DNA of 52,659 nt from NCBI GenBank assembly GCA_964623265.1, contig CAZUTK010000011.1, positions 1 through 52,659 of the forward strand, given 5' to 3'. This stretch comes from an uncultured bacterium (GTDB lineage Bacteria; Electryoneota; B3-LCP). A program made the position numbers and the translations under genes. The notes beneath the pieces are model-generated. The model searched no databases. It was given only the letters and a program-made list of their open reading frames with translations, and had not been told where the DNA came from. Of this stretch, positions 29,128 through 38,306 are shown piece by piece (the first letter of the stretch is position 1; each line of letters opens with the position of its first letter).

Positions 29128-29688
29128 CGCGCCGATTTTATACCAGGCTCGAGCTTCCCCAGCCTTATCGCCGGAAAGGCGGTATTCACCGCGACATTTC
29201 TGATACTCCGCCAGCGCGGATTCGAGATCACCGGCATCCCGCAGGGAATCCGCGCGTACAAAGGAGCTATCCGGTCTTCCTGCGATCCTTTTTGCTGCGC
29301 CAGCCAGACAATAAAGGAGACAGCTGCGACCAGCATCAAAATCGCGCCGGATCTGCGCAGAACTTTTTGTGAGGAACCCATTCTAGCACTGTTTGATTTC
29401 ACAGCGGCAAGATTTCGCAATCGCCCAACAACGCAATGCGGAAGGGAAAGCCATTCCCTGCCGGGTCAGTCTTGAAGACAGCGGCAATGATTCGAGACGG
29501 CGGTTTTTTCCTGCGGATTTATACCTTCCGACAACATTTCCTCCCGCATTGGCTGAATTCTGTACAAAAACAGCCTTTTCGATTCCTTTCTGTCATCCTC
29601 GACGACGGACGAAAGCAGCATTTTACAACTAAGCGTCTCGGCTTTCCGTATTATAGAGTAACATCTCACGTTAATAGAGAAAAAGACC

Positions 29689-30084
29689 ATGAAATACAAA
29701 GCCTTCATCAGGTTCTCCGCGGTCGTCCTAGGGTTGATGATCATTTTCCTCCTAACGGCAGGCTGCAACAAAGACGATGGCTACGGATCCACCGGTCCAT
29801 CCAATACCGGGTCACCCGGGCCCAACGAAGTCTGGATGCAGAACACGGCGTTCAATCCTGCTTCGCTGACGATCTCCGCGGGGACGACCGTCACCTGGAC
29901 CAATAAAGACAATATGATTCACACCACCACCAGCGGCGTACCGGGAAATCCGAGCGGGATGTTCAACAGCGGTAACATGAATCATAATGCCACATTCAGT
30001 TATACTTTCAATACCGCCGGAACGTTCGATTATTACTGCATCCCTCATGCGGCGACTATGAAGGGAAAGATCATCGTGCAGTGA
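29689..30084 (+). CDS. Cupredoxin-family (plastocyanin/pseudoazurin-like) blue-copper lipoprotein.
   Basis: Lipobox LLTAGC and type-1 copper ligands YYCIPHAATM (C-x2-H-x3-M) plus an upstream His; 131 aa. Confidence 0.7.
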   Translation: MKYKAFIRFSAVVLGLMIIFLLTAGCNKDDGYGSTGPSNTGSPGPNEVWMQNTAFNPASLTISAGTTVTWTNKDNMIHTTTSGVPGNPSGMFNSGNMNHNATFSYTFNTAGTFDYYCIPHAATMKGKIIVQ

Positions 30085-30318
30085 ATGTAGCTGGAAGTTC
30101 ATCGTCCGCTGCATTGCGCATTAAAATGACTCTGAATGGATTGCGGTGGGATTGAGTCGCAGCGTGCCGACTCCAATGTGGAATTGGCTCTGGCAATCCG
30201 TGCGGGTCATTGCGGATTTACTCAGCCGCGAACGCCCGGAAATTCCACTCCGACGTCCATCGAAGAGTTTGCTCAGGTGTTCAAGGCGGTTTATTCTGTT
30301 TGAGCCGACGTGGTACCG

Positions 30319-31368
30319 TCATTTTGCAGACGAGGTCAACTCCGCCAACGCTTTCTGCGCCTCCGGATCGTTTGGACGGATTTTCAAGGCGGTTTCCAGA
30401 GCCTGGCGGGCTTGATCGAATTTTCCCCGAGCTCGATATGACAGCCCCAATTGCAAGTAGGCGGGCGCGTAAGCCGGATAGAGCTCCAACGCCATATGAT
30501 AGCAGCGTTCGGCGGCTTCAGAATCACCGAAGATCTGATACATTTCCCCCAAATTTTTCAGTCGTTCGGCGTTTTTCGCCGTCATCCGCACTCGTTGATT
30601 GACGACCGCCGCATCGTAAACCGCCAGTTCTTCGTTGGAGACGCCACGCTCTAGAATCGCCCGAATGATCTCTACATCAGCGGCTTTATCCGGCTTCCCG
30701 TAAAAGTCCGTTAAGGCAGTCCGCAACATCTCCAGGTACAACGATTTCGTGTCTGGCAGGTGTTCGACCACTTTGCGGAAGAATTCCAGAGCTTTCGGGT
30801 AGTTGCCGATGGCTTTATAGAGATAGGCGATGTTCTCGTAGATATTCGCGGTTTCCACGCCGCTGTCTAGCGCCCTCTGGAAATTCACCAGAGCCGAATC
30901 CACATTGCCCCGCTTCGCGTAGAGGATGCCTAAGTTATTGTAAACCTGTTCTTTCTGCGGCGGATCCAGTGCAACCGCGCGCTTTAGATAAAATTCAGCT
31001 CCGTTGATGTCGCCAGCGGCGTAGAGCGTTTGACCGATCATAACCAGAGTCACCGCGTGATCGGGTTTGATCTGCAATGCGCGCTGAAAGGCATCGTACG
31101 CTTCCTGCAGCCTCCCCTCTTTCATCAAATCCCGTCCGTAGCTTAGGAATTTGTCTGCTTCCATAAGAGCCCCTTGCTCGGATTGTCGAGCCACCCAGGG
31201 CATATCGCCGAAGAAGACGAGAAAGAGAATAATGGAGACGGGTCCTAAAAGCAGAATCCAACCCGGCAACCATCTTTTCGGAACCTGTCGCTCCTTCTGC
31301 GTTCCTCGACCGACTCCCTGATTCGACTGTGAACGATGACGGGCATCTCGCCCGGGTGCTTTCGCCAT
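30319..31368 (-). CDS. Membrane-anchored TPR-repeat protein.
   Basis: One N-terminal TM helix (WILLLGPVSIILFLVFF) followed by about 7 TPR repeats. Confidence 0.65.
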   Translation of the reverse strand: MAKAPGRDARHRSQSNQGVGRGTQKERQVPKRWLPGWILLLGPVSIILFLVFFGDMPWVARQSEQGALMEADKFLSYGRDLMKEGRLQEAYDAFQRALQIKPDHAVTLVMIGQTLYAAGDINGAEFYLKRAVALDPPQKEQVYNNLGILYAKRGNVDSALVNFQRALDSGVETANIYENIAYLYKAIGNYPKALEFFRKVVEHLPDTKSLYLEMLRTALTDFYGKPDKAADVEIIRAILERGVSNEELAVYDAAVVNQRVRMTAKNAERLKNLGEMYQIFGDSEAAERCYHMALELYPAYAPAYLQLGLSYRARGKFDQARQALETALKIRPNDPEAQKALAELTSSAK

Positions 31369-31379
31369 AATGGTTCTCT

Positions 31380-32645
31380 TCAGCAGGTGCTGTGCAGGAT
31401 GAACAGCACTTTCTTTCCTTCTTTCTTCAAATCGTTGAATTTCTTGCAGGCTTCCGGTGTCGGCAGAATGATGACCTGCGTCCCCCGCGTGGTGAATTCG
31501 TTATATTTAAAATACACCCCTTCCGGCACCTCAAACCCTTTCCCGCCGGCACCGCGCCAGCCGCTGCCCACCAGGAGGATGTCCGTTTTTTGACTGAGGA
31601 AGTAACGGATGTCATGGGAGCGGAAATGATGCTTCTTATCCGTCAGCCGAAATCCGCCGTCAGGGAAAAATATCGCGTCAAAAAAGGGGATGGGGATGCC
31701 GCGATACACCGTCATCCCGTAAGCCGCATAGGTGATGTCCGCACGTCGGTGCAGTGCATAGGAGACCGCGAGGCTCAAAGCGGCGACGAGCAGGAAAGCA
31801 GAGAGAACGATCCGAAAGATGCGGTTACGGGTGAAGTGAACGCCCAACCAGATCAGCGCGAAAACGCCGAAGGCGATTCCGAGCAGCGGCAGCGCCTGGG
31901 AATGCTCCGTCAGCAGAGGGCTGACGAGGACGAAGATCAAGGTGAGAGTGAAAAGCATCGCCAGCATCGTTTCCGGATGCCGGAAATAGTCCCGGAATCT
32001 GCGCTGCCGGAATCGGGAGATTTTCAAAGCAATTGTTCCGTGAGTTTCCAGCACGAAGAACATCAGGATCAACGCCATCAGCACGCCCCAGGCGTCTTTC
32101 GTAATGTCGCTGATGTCGAATACCCTGCCGGAGAAGAATAACTGGAAGGTCTCGTCGAAGGTAGAGATGAAAACCGCTGAAGCGAAACAGGATCCGATCA
32201 TCTTCGCCTGCGGCCATCCGCGGGAACCGAAGGCACGGAAGAAGAAGAACCCATATGCGCCATATGCCAAGTAGTGCCAATTCTGCTGCAGATCGAAAAA
32301 GGACATATCCAGATACAGATCCATCGCGGAATGCGAGAGCGCCAGCATCCCGCCGATGAAGATCAGGGCGGCGGCGCGCTTCAGAGTGATTCTGCGGAAA
32401 TATCGGATGATCAGAATCAGGCACAAGCTCGTCGCAACGGACAGGATCAACGGGACTTCAAATCCGAACAGATGGAAGCTGAAATGGGAAGCCAAATAGA
32501 CGGCGTTCTGGAGATATTTGGTGACGACGATGAAGGGAGTCGCAACGACCAAACCGGTGAACAGGACATATTGCAGGATCGGTTCGCTGCGCGGGTCTTT
32601 CAGCTTTTGCCAGAGGTTCATCCTGAGCTCACGAGGGATTAACAA
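31380..32645 (-). CDS. Polytopic membrane protein of unknown function with a C-terminal soluble domain (possibly Mth938-like).
   Basis: About 9 predicted TM helices and a C-terminal ..ILLVGSGWRGAGGKGFEVPEG..GTQVIILPTPEACKKFNDLKKEGKKVLFILHSTC. Confidence 0.55.
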   Translation of the reverse strand: MLIPRELRMNLWQKLKDPRSEPILQYVLFTGLVVATPFIVVTKYLQNAVYLASHFSFHLFGFEVPLILSVATSLCLILIIRYFRRITLKRAAALIFIGGMLALSHSAMDLYLDMSFFDLQQNWHYLAYGAYGFFFFRAFGSRGWPQAKMIGSCFASAVFISTFDETFQLFFSGRVFDISDITKDAWGVLMALILMFFVLETHGTIALKISRFRQRRFRDYFRHPETMLAMLFTLTLIFVLVSPLLTEHSQALPLLGIAFGVFALIWLGVHFTRNRIFRIVLSAFLLVAALSLAVSYALHRRADITYAAYGMTVYRGIPIPFFDAIFFPDGGFRLTDKKHHFRSHDIRYFLSQKTDILLVGSGWRGAGGKGFEVPEGVYFKYNEFTTRGTQVIILPTPEACKKFNDLKKEGKKVLFILHSTC

Positions 32646-32790
32646 ACAATATACGAATCTCCGATGACAAAGTCAACACCTGAATCTGCGCAGACGACGA
32701 TCTCCAGAAGCCAGGAAGCTGTCTGGAAACGGCAGACTTTTAACCATCGCGTTGACGTAAAAAAAGCAAATATCCCTTGTTTTACGGCGA

Positions 32791-32809
32791 GATGATCATT
32801 ATATTCATT
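32791..32809. promoter_or_regulatory. Putative Fur/PerR box upstream of the fur-like gene.
   Basis: GATGATCATTATATTCATT partially matches the Fur-box consensus GATAATGATAATCATTATC. It lies 38 nt upstream of the start codon. Confidence 0.3.
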
Positions 32810-32846
32810 CCTACATAGTAATAATTTTTATATCCAAATTTATACG

Positions 32847-33323
32847 ATGAAAGTCAGCAGCGAAGAAATCCGATCACGGATGGAACGGATGATGAGCATG
32901 TTGCGGCAGGCGGGTGTGCGGCTGACTCCCCAGCGTCTGGAGATCTTCCGTGAGGTGGCAGGGACTGACGAACATCCCGATGCCGAAACCATTTACAAAC
33001 GCATCCGGAAGCGGATGCCTACGGTTTCGCTGGACACCGTCTATCGCACCCTTTGGCTCTTCAAAGATGTCGGTTTAATCGCAGCTCTAGAGGGGCTCTC
33101 CGAGCGCATCCGCTTCGACGCCAATGTCCGCCCTCATCATCACTTCGTCTGCGAAAGGTGCGGAGCGATCCGAGATTTCGAGGTTGACGCGGATCGGGAA
33201 TGGAAACCGCCGCACAGCATCGCAGCGATCGGCGATGTCCATTCCACGCACATCGAGCTGCGAGGAATTTGCTCTCAGTGCAAAAATAAACGCAAAAACA
33301 ACATTGAAACAAACGATGAATAA
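32847..33323 (+). CDS. Fur-family metalloregulator, likely PerR-like given the adjacent catalase.
   Basis: DNA-binding winged helix, [10 protein letters not shown] and CSQCKN (two CxxC structural zinc pairs); 158 aa. Confidence 0.8.
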   Translation: MKVSSEEIRSRMERMMSMLRQAGVRLTPQRLEIFREVAGTDEHPDAETIYKRIRKRMPTVSLDTVYRTLWLFKDVGLIAALEGLSERIRFDANVRPHHHFVCERCGAIRDFEVDADREWKPPHSIAAIGDVHSTHIELRGICSQCKNKRKNNIETNDE

Positions 33324-33334
33324 GAGGAGAGAAT

Positions 33335-34840
33335 ATGTCCAAGAAGACGTTAACCACCGGTTTCGGGATGCCGGTCAGCGATGATCAGAACACTCTGACA
33401 GCCGGCAGAATGGGTCCGGCTTTAATCCAGGACATCCATTTAATCGAAAAGCTCGCCCATTTTGACCGGGAGAGGATCCCGGAGAGGGTAGTTCATGCCA
33501 AAGGCGCCGGAGCGCACGGTTATTTTGAAGTAGCGCACGACGTCCGTCGGTACACGCGGGCTCGGTTTCTTTCCGAGATCGGTAAAAAGACCGAGGTATT
33601 GGCGCGGTTCTCCACTGTGGGCGGCGAGAAAGGATCTGCGGATACAGAACGGGATCCCCGCGGGTTCGCCGTCAAATTCTACACGGAAGAAGGCAATTAC
33701 GATTTCGTGGGGAACAACACGCCGGTCTTCTTCATCCGGGATCCGCTGAAGTTCCCCGACTTCATCCACACTCAGAAACGCAATCCGGCGACCAACCTGA
33801 AGGATCCCGATATGTTTTGGGATTTCCTTTCGCTGACTCCGGAATCCGTCCATCAGGTGACGATCCTCTTTTCGGATCGCGGCACACCCTTCAGCTATCG
33901 CCATATGAACGGCTACAGCGGGCACACCTTTATGTGGTACAACGAGAAGGGGGAATACTTCTGGGTGAAAATTCATTTTAAGACGGAGCAGGGAATCCGG
34001 AATCTCACACGCGAGGAAGCGGTGCGGTTGGCGGGCGAAGATCCGGATCACGCCACGCGGGATCTGCATCACAGCATCGAGCGGTCCCAATTTCCCGCTT
34101 GGAAAGTTTACGCGCAAATTATGACGCAGGAACAGGTAGAAAAATACCGATTCAATTCCTTCGACATTACGAAGGTCTGGCGGCACGCGGATGCGCCGTT
34201 GCAGCCGATCGGGCGGATGGTTTTGGACCGCAATCCCGCCAATTACTTCACCGACATCGAGCAGGCGGCGTTCTCCCCCGGCAATTTCGTGCCGGGAATC
34301 GGTCCTTCCCCCGATAAAATGCTGCAAGGACGTCTCTTCAGCTACCACGATACCCACCGCCATCGCTTGGGACCGAACTACCATCTCCTGCCCGTCAACG
34401 CCCCGCGAGCGACGCAGGAAAACAATTACCAGCGGGATGGGTTCATGCGCTTCGATGACAACGGCGGCGGCGGTCCGAATTACTGGCCGAACAGCTTCGG
34501 CGGCGCGGCTCCGGATCCCTCTTTTGCTCCGCCTCCTCTGGATCTCTCCGGCAGGGCGGATCGGTTCGCGTATGAACTGAGCGACGATGACTTCGTGCAA
34601 GCCGGCGATCTATATCGCAACGTGATGACGAATGAGGATCGGGATCATTTGATCGGAAACATCGTCGCCCATTTGGGCAATGCGCAGAAACGAATCCAAT
34701 TGCGTCAAACGGCGGTCTTCTATAAAGCGGAAGCGGAGTACGGGGAGCGCGTATCGAAAGGATTAGAATTGAGCTTGAATGAAGTGAAGAAACTGGCGGG
34801 TATGTCGCAGGAGGATCGCGTCCGCGCCACGGCGAAGTGA
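33335..34840 (+). CDS. katA: Monofunctional haem catalase (clade 3 size, 501 aa).
   Basis: [22 protein letters not shown], distal His and Asn motifs, proximal Tyr region; full length. Confidence 0.95.
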   Translation: MSKKTLTTGFGMPVSDDQNTLTAGRMGPALIQDIHLIEKLAHFDRERIPERVVHAKGAGAHGYFEVAHDVRRYTRARFLSEIGKKTEVLARFSTVGGEKGSADTERDPRGFAVKFYTEEGNYDFVGNNTPVFFIRDPLKFPDFIHTQKRNPATNLKDPDMFWDFLSLTPESVHQVTILFSDRGTPFSYRHMNGYSGHTFMWYNEKGEYFWVKIHFKTEQGIRNLTREEAVRLAGEDPDHATRDLHHSIERSQFPAWKVYAQIMTQEQVEKYRFNSFDITKVWRHADAPLQPIGRMVLDRNPANYFTDIEQAAFSPGNFVPGIGPSPDKMLQGRLFSYHDTHRHRLGPNYHLLPVNAPRATQENNYQRDGFMRFDDNGGGGPNYWPNSFGGAAPDPSFAPPPLDLSGRADRFAYELSDDDFVQAGDLYRNVMTNEDRDHLIGNIVAHLGNAQKRIQLRQTAVFYKAEAEYGERVSKGLELSLNEVKKLAGMSQEDRVRATAK

Positions 34841-34883
34841 ACGAATGATACTCCGAAAAGCTGGATAAAATCAGTCAAACCCA

Positions 34884-34922
34884 AAGCCGACTCGAATCCA
34901 TCTGGGTCGGCTTTTCCGTTTG
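34884..34922 (+). terminator. Rho-independent terminator after the catalase gene.
   Basis: aagccgac..gtcggctt hairpin followed by ttccgttt. Confidence 0.55.
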
Positions 34923-35023
34923 GGATGGCGATTTTCCGATTCCCGAATGAAATTCGTCAATAATTCGGCTCCACAGGGCGCATATTCGGTATGCGATGCG
35001 GTCGGCTCGAGAATGCCTCAGAT

Positions 35024-35482
35024 TTAAGGATCAAGCAGGTGGATGACCATACCCGGCTTCAGTTCGCCTCCTATGATCACCCGCGCAAAGACTCCCTCCC
35101 GCGGCATAACACAATCGCCTGCGGCATAATAGATCGCACAACGGCTGTAGCACTCCTTGCCGATTTGAGTGATTTCAAGTTCAATTTCGCCGCAACGGAG
35201 ACGATCGCCTATCCTCAGGTGCGGGACATCCAACCCGCGCGTGGTCAAATTCTCGGCAAAGCTTCCCGGTGCGACTTCTACCCCCAGGCTCCGCATCCTC
35301 TCTATGGACTCTGCGGCGAGGATGCTGACTTGCCGGTGCCACTTTCCAGCGTGTGCGTCTCCTTCTATTCCCCAGTCAGTGATCAGCACGGCTCCGTTGA
35401 CATTGGACTTGGGCGTCCCTTTTTGCACGCTGACGGAGATCGCTTCCAGAATGCCTGTCTCCCGCACAATCATAGGGTCCAT
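35024..35482 (-). CDS. MOSC-domain protein (YiiM/YcbX-like), the last gene of the Moco operon.
   Basis: MOSC beta-barrel signature with GDRLRCGEIELEITQIGKECYSRC; 152 aa. Confidence 0.7.
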   Translation of the reverse strand: MDPMIVRETGILEAISVSVQKGTPKSNVNGAVLITDWGIEGDAHAGKWHRQVSILAAESIERMRSLGVEVAPGSFAENLTTRGLDVPHLRIGDRLRCGEIELEITQIGKECYSRCAIYYAAGDCVMPREGVFARVIIGGELKPGMVIHLLDP

Positions 35483-36699
35483 TTAATTGGTAACACGCTG
35501 ACGAAGGAACCTTTCTGCAGCATCCTTTCTTCTGCAGGAAAAATAATCAAACAGTTTGCAGCCACCAAACCACCTAACATATGGGACCCCTGCCCGCGCA
35601 CTGGCATCACAGAGCGCCGCCCGTCCGATTCCGAAAGAAAGCCTCTTGCGAATTCCAAACGACCTGCGGGCTTCTTCATCGCCACTTCTAAATAGGCTTG
35701 CTGGAACTGAATGGATTCAGGGGGGATGCCTGCCATCCGCAGTATTGCCGGTCTAACCAGGAGATGAAAGGTGACCAATGCGGATACGGGATTTCCGGGA
35801 AGCCCGAAGACCAGCACACGGCGGTCGGATTTTGTTTCGTAATATCCAAAATATACAGGTTTCCCTGGTTTGATGGCGACCTTCCAGAACAATTCGCGGA
35901 CGCCTGTTTCTCCGCAGACACTGCGGATGAAATCGTAGTCGCCCGCCGAAACGCCGCCGATCGTGATCACTATATCGGATTGAGTTAAACTGGACTGGAT
36001 TGCGGATAGAAGCTGATCCTTCTCGTCCGATACAACCTGCGAACGAACATCCGTCACCCCCAGTGCTCTCAATGCCGCTGTCAATGCAGGTTTGTTTGAA
36101 TTGTAGATTTGCCCTTCGCGCAGTTCTTCCCCCGGTTCTTTCAGTTCGTCGCCGGTGACGATCAGCGAAATTTTCGGAAACCGGAATACCCGCGCCGAAT
36201 CCAAACCCAGCGTTGCGATCATTCCGATCACCGGAGGAGTGATTACTGTGCCGGCAGAAAGTACCGTCGCACCCAAGGGGAATTCTTCCCCCGCACGACG
36301 AACATTCTCCCCGGACTTGATCCTTCTGCGCAAACGAAGGTTGTCGCCGTCTTCCACTTCTTCCCGCATGACCACCGCATCGGCGCCGGGCGGCATCGGT
36401 GCCCCGGTCATTATCCGCGCAACGTGCTTCGGCAGAATCGGTTTTGGTCGGGGATCGCCGGCGCGGATCTCATGGCAAACCGTAAGCGGTACGGGATGGT
36501 CTGCAGACGCCGAAGCGAAATCCTCGGTCTTCAGCGCATAGCCGTCCATCGCGGATTGATCGAAACGCGGCAATGGGAAAGGGGCGCAAATCGCATCCGC
36601 GAGCACCCTGCCCGGCAATTTGTCGAGTTCCACCATCTCTGCGGATAAAGGCTCGATCTGATCTCTGATGATTTTACACGCTGTCTCGAACGGTATCAT
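35470..36699 (-). CDS. moeA: Molybdopterin molybdenumtransferase MoeA. The ORF extends to 36765, but Met MIPFETA at 36699 is the likelier start.
   Basis: MoeA N-terminal and linker domains, and the MoCF_biosynth core with ..IVITIGGVSAGDYDF... Confidence 0.85.
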   Translation of the reverse strand: MIPFETACKIIRDQIEPLSAEMVELDKLPGRVLADAICAPFPLPRFDQSAMDGYALKTEDFASASADHPVPLTVCHEIRAGDPRPKPILPKHVARIMTGAPMPPGADAVVMREEVEDGDNLRLRRRIKSGENVRRAGEEFPLGATVLSAGTVITPPVIGMIATLGLDSARVFRFPKISLIVTGDELKEPGEELREGQIYNSNKPALTAALRALGVTDVRSQVVSDEKDQLLSAIQSSLTQSDIVITIGGVSAGDYDFIRSVCGETGVRELFWKVAIKPGKPVYFGYYETKSDRRVLVFGLPGNPVSALVTFHLLVRPAILRMAGIPPESIQFQQAYLEVAMKKPAGRLEFARGFLSESDGRRSVMPVRGQGSHMLGGLVAANCLIIFPAEERMLQKGSFVSVLPIKWTL

Positions 36700-36710
36700 C
36701 CGGCAACCTC

Positions 36711-37634
36711 CTATTTTGTAATGCTCCAGCCGCTCCGCCCTTGGATCATCGGAAAAGCATGCCAAAGCGCAGGAAACAGTAGATCCAACGACTCAGCCAC
36801 CCCGCGGCGCGAACCTGGAAGGTTGATGATCAGAGTATGACCCCGCAGCCCAGCGCGACCGCGCGAGAGCATCGAATAAGGCGTCCGCGCTTGGCCATAA
36901 GCGCGTATTGCTTCTGAAATGCCGGGAATCTCGCGGTCAATCACCCGCGGCATCGCATCCGGCGTTGCATCCCGCGGGCTGAAGCCGGTTCCGCCGGTAG
37001 TGAGAACTAAATCTAATTTCAGTTCGTCCGCCCAGAAAATGAGCCGCTCTGCAATCTGATCGCGGTCATCGGGAATCACGAGATACTCCACGACGTCCGC
37101 CCCTTCGCTCTTCAATCGTTCCTGGATCATTCTGCCGGACTCATCCGTCTTTTTCCCGGCGGCGACCGTATCGGACATCACCAACACCGCCGCGCGAGGC
37201 GGCTTCTCCAGACTTTCATGGAAATCGCTCTTGCCCCCGCTTTTTCTGACAAGTTTGATGCCTTCGATCGCCATGGAGCTGTCCAGCATCTTCAGCATAT
37301 CATAAAGCGTCAGAGCCGCCACCGAGGCGGCGGTCAAAGCTTCCATCTCGACGCCGGTCGGAGCAATCGCCTTCGCAGTGGCGAGCATTTTGATCAACCG
37401 GTCGTCCAATTCGAACTCAACTCCAACATATGTCAGAGAGATGGGATGGCAGTAGGGGATCAGCGCATGCGTTTGCTTGGCAGCCATCACCGCCGCTGCG
37501 CGGGCGATCTCGAGGGGATCCCCCTTAGGAACAGCCCTGTCGCGAATACGCTGAACTGTTTCCGGTGAAAGCAAAAGGGAAGCCTCGGCGACCGCAGTCC
37601 GCATAGTGGGGTACTTGTGTGAGATATCGCGCAT
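36711..37634 (-). CDS. moaC: Bifunctional fusion of MoaC (cyclic pyranopterin monophosphate synthase) with MogA/MoaB (molybdopterin adenylyltransferase).
   Basis: The N-terminal 140 aa are MoaC-like (..AVMAAKQTHALIPYCHPISLTYVGVEF..). The C-terminal 160 aa are MogA-like (..LVLTTGGTGFSPRDATPDA..INLPGS..). The stop codon is TAG. Confidence 0.85.
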   Translation of the reverse strand: MRDISHKYPTMRTAVAEASLLLSPETVQRIRDRAVPKGDPLEIARAAAVMAAKQTHALIPYCHPISLTYVGVEFELDDRLIKMLATAKAIAPTGVEMEALTAASVAALTLYDMLKMLDSSMAIEGIKLVRKSGGKSDFHESLEKPPRAAVLVMSDTVAAGKKTDESGRMIQERLKSEGADVVEYLVIPDDRDQIAERLIFWADELKLDLVLTTGGTGFSPRDATPDAMPRVIDREIPGISEAIRAYGQARTPYSMLSRGRAGLRGHTLIINLPGSRRGVAESLDLLFPALWHAFPMIQGRSGWSITK

Positions 37635-37643
37635 ATGGATCTC

Positions 37644-38264
37644 TTATTTCCTCGAATCTTTGTATCTTTTACGTTTCTTTAGCGCGTTCAATTGTTCCGG
37701 CGTATTGATACTCCGAATCCGGTGTAGAACTTCATCATCCGCGGGGATGACGCGCACGCCTGAATTGTGCAGAAATGTCCGTATGGAACGAATCCCATCC
37801 CCCAGCGCGTCGCGAATCAATGGGAGGAGGGCGGCAGGATAATATCCCGGCAGCGGCTGCAACTCATTCCGTTCACCAAATACCGTCGGTCGAGCGCTCT
37901 TTTGATGGATCAGCTGTTGAAGCAGATCAGGAGCAAGAAAAGGTTGATCGCAGCCGACCACCAGCAGATCATAAGGGCTGTAACGGGACAGCGCCGTTTC
38001 GATGGCTGCTAAAGGACCTTCCCCTGGGTGAGAATCCGGGAGAAACTCGACTCGGGCAGGGGCGCTTTCCAGCCAATCTGATTCTCCGCCGATCATCACG
38101 ATCCGCCTGCAAAGCGGCGCAAGCGCCAAGATTGCGGCATCCAACATTCTCCGCCCGTCCGGCATTCTCATCGCTGCTTTAGGGACGCCCATGCGGCGGC
38201 TCTTCCCGCCCGCCAGGATTGCCCCCAATCCGTCGAATTTCATCCCCTGATCCATGCACTGCAT
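37644..38264 (-). CDS. mobA: Molybdenum cofactor guanylyltransferase MobA.
   Basis: GAILAGGKSRRMGVPKA motif and C-terminal MobA fold. Confidence 0.8.
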   Translation of the reverse strand: MQCMDQGMKFDGLGAILAGGKSRRMGVPKAAMRMPDGRRMLDAAILALAPLCRRIVMIGGESDWLESAPARVEFLPDSHPGEGPLAAIETALSRYSPYDLLVVGCDQPFLAPDLLQQLIHQKSARPTVFGERNELQPLPGYYPAALLPLIRDALGDGIRSIRTFLHNSGVRVIPADDEVLHRIRSINTPEQLNALKKRKRYKDSRK

Positions 38265-38306
38265 GCGTAAATTTCGCCATTTTCCTGTGTCGCCGGCCTT
38301 TTCAGA

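Noticed and set aside
29436-29906. ORF 29436..29906 (+) overlapping the cupredoxin gene, and ORF 29466..29771 (-).
   Set aside because: The overlapping frame at 29689..30084 has a clean lipobox and copper-site motif. The alternatives have no features.
33440-34600. Long antisense ORFs inside well-supported genes, for example 33440..34600 opposite katA, 41343..42458 opposite the molybdoenzyme, 21683..22468 opposite tolC, 10665..11183 and 11675..12067 opposite the helicase, and 31392..32141 opposite the membrane protein.
   Set aside because: Stop-poor antisense frames are typical of high-GC DNA. Their products are Arg/Pro/Gly-rich with no motifs, while the opposing genes have clear family signatures.
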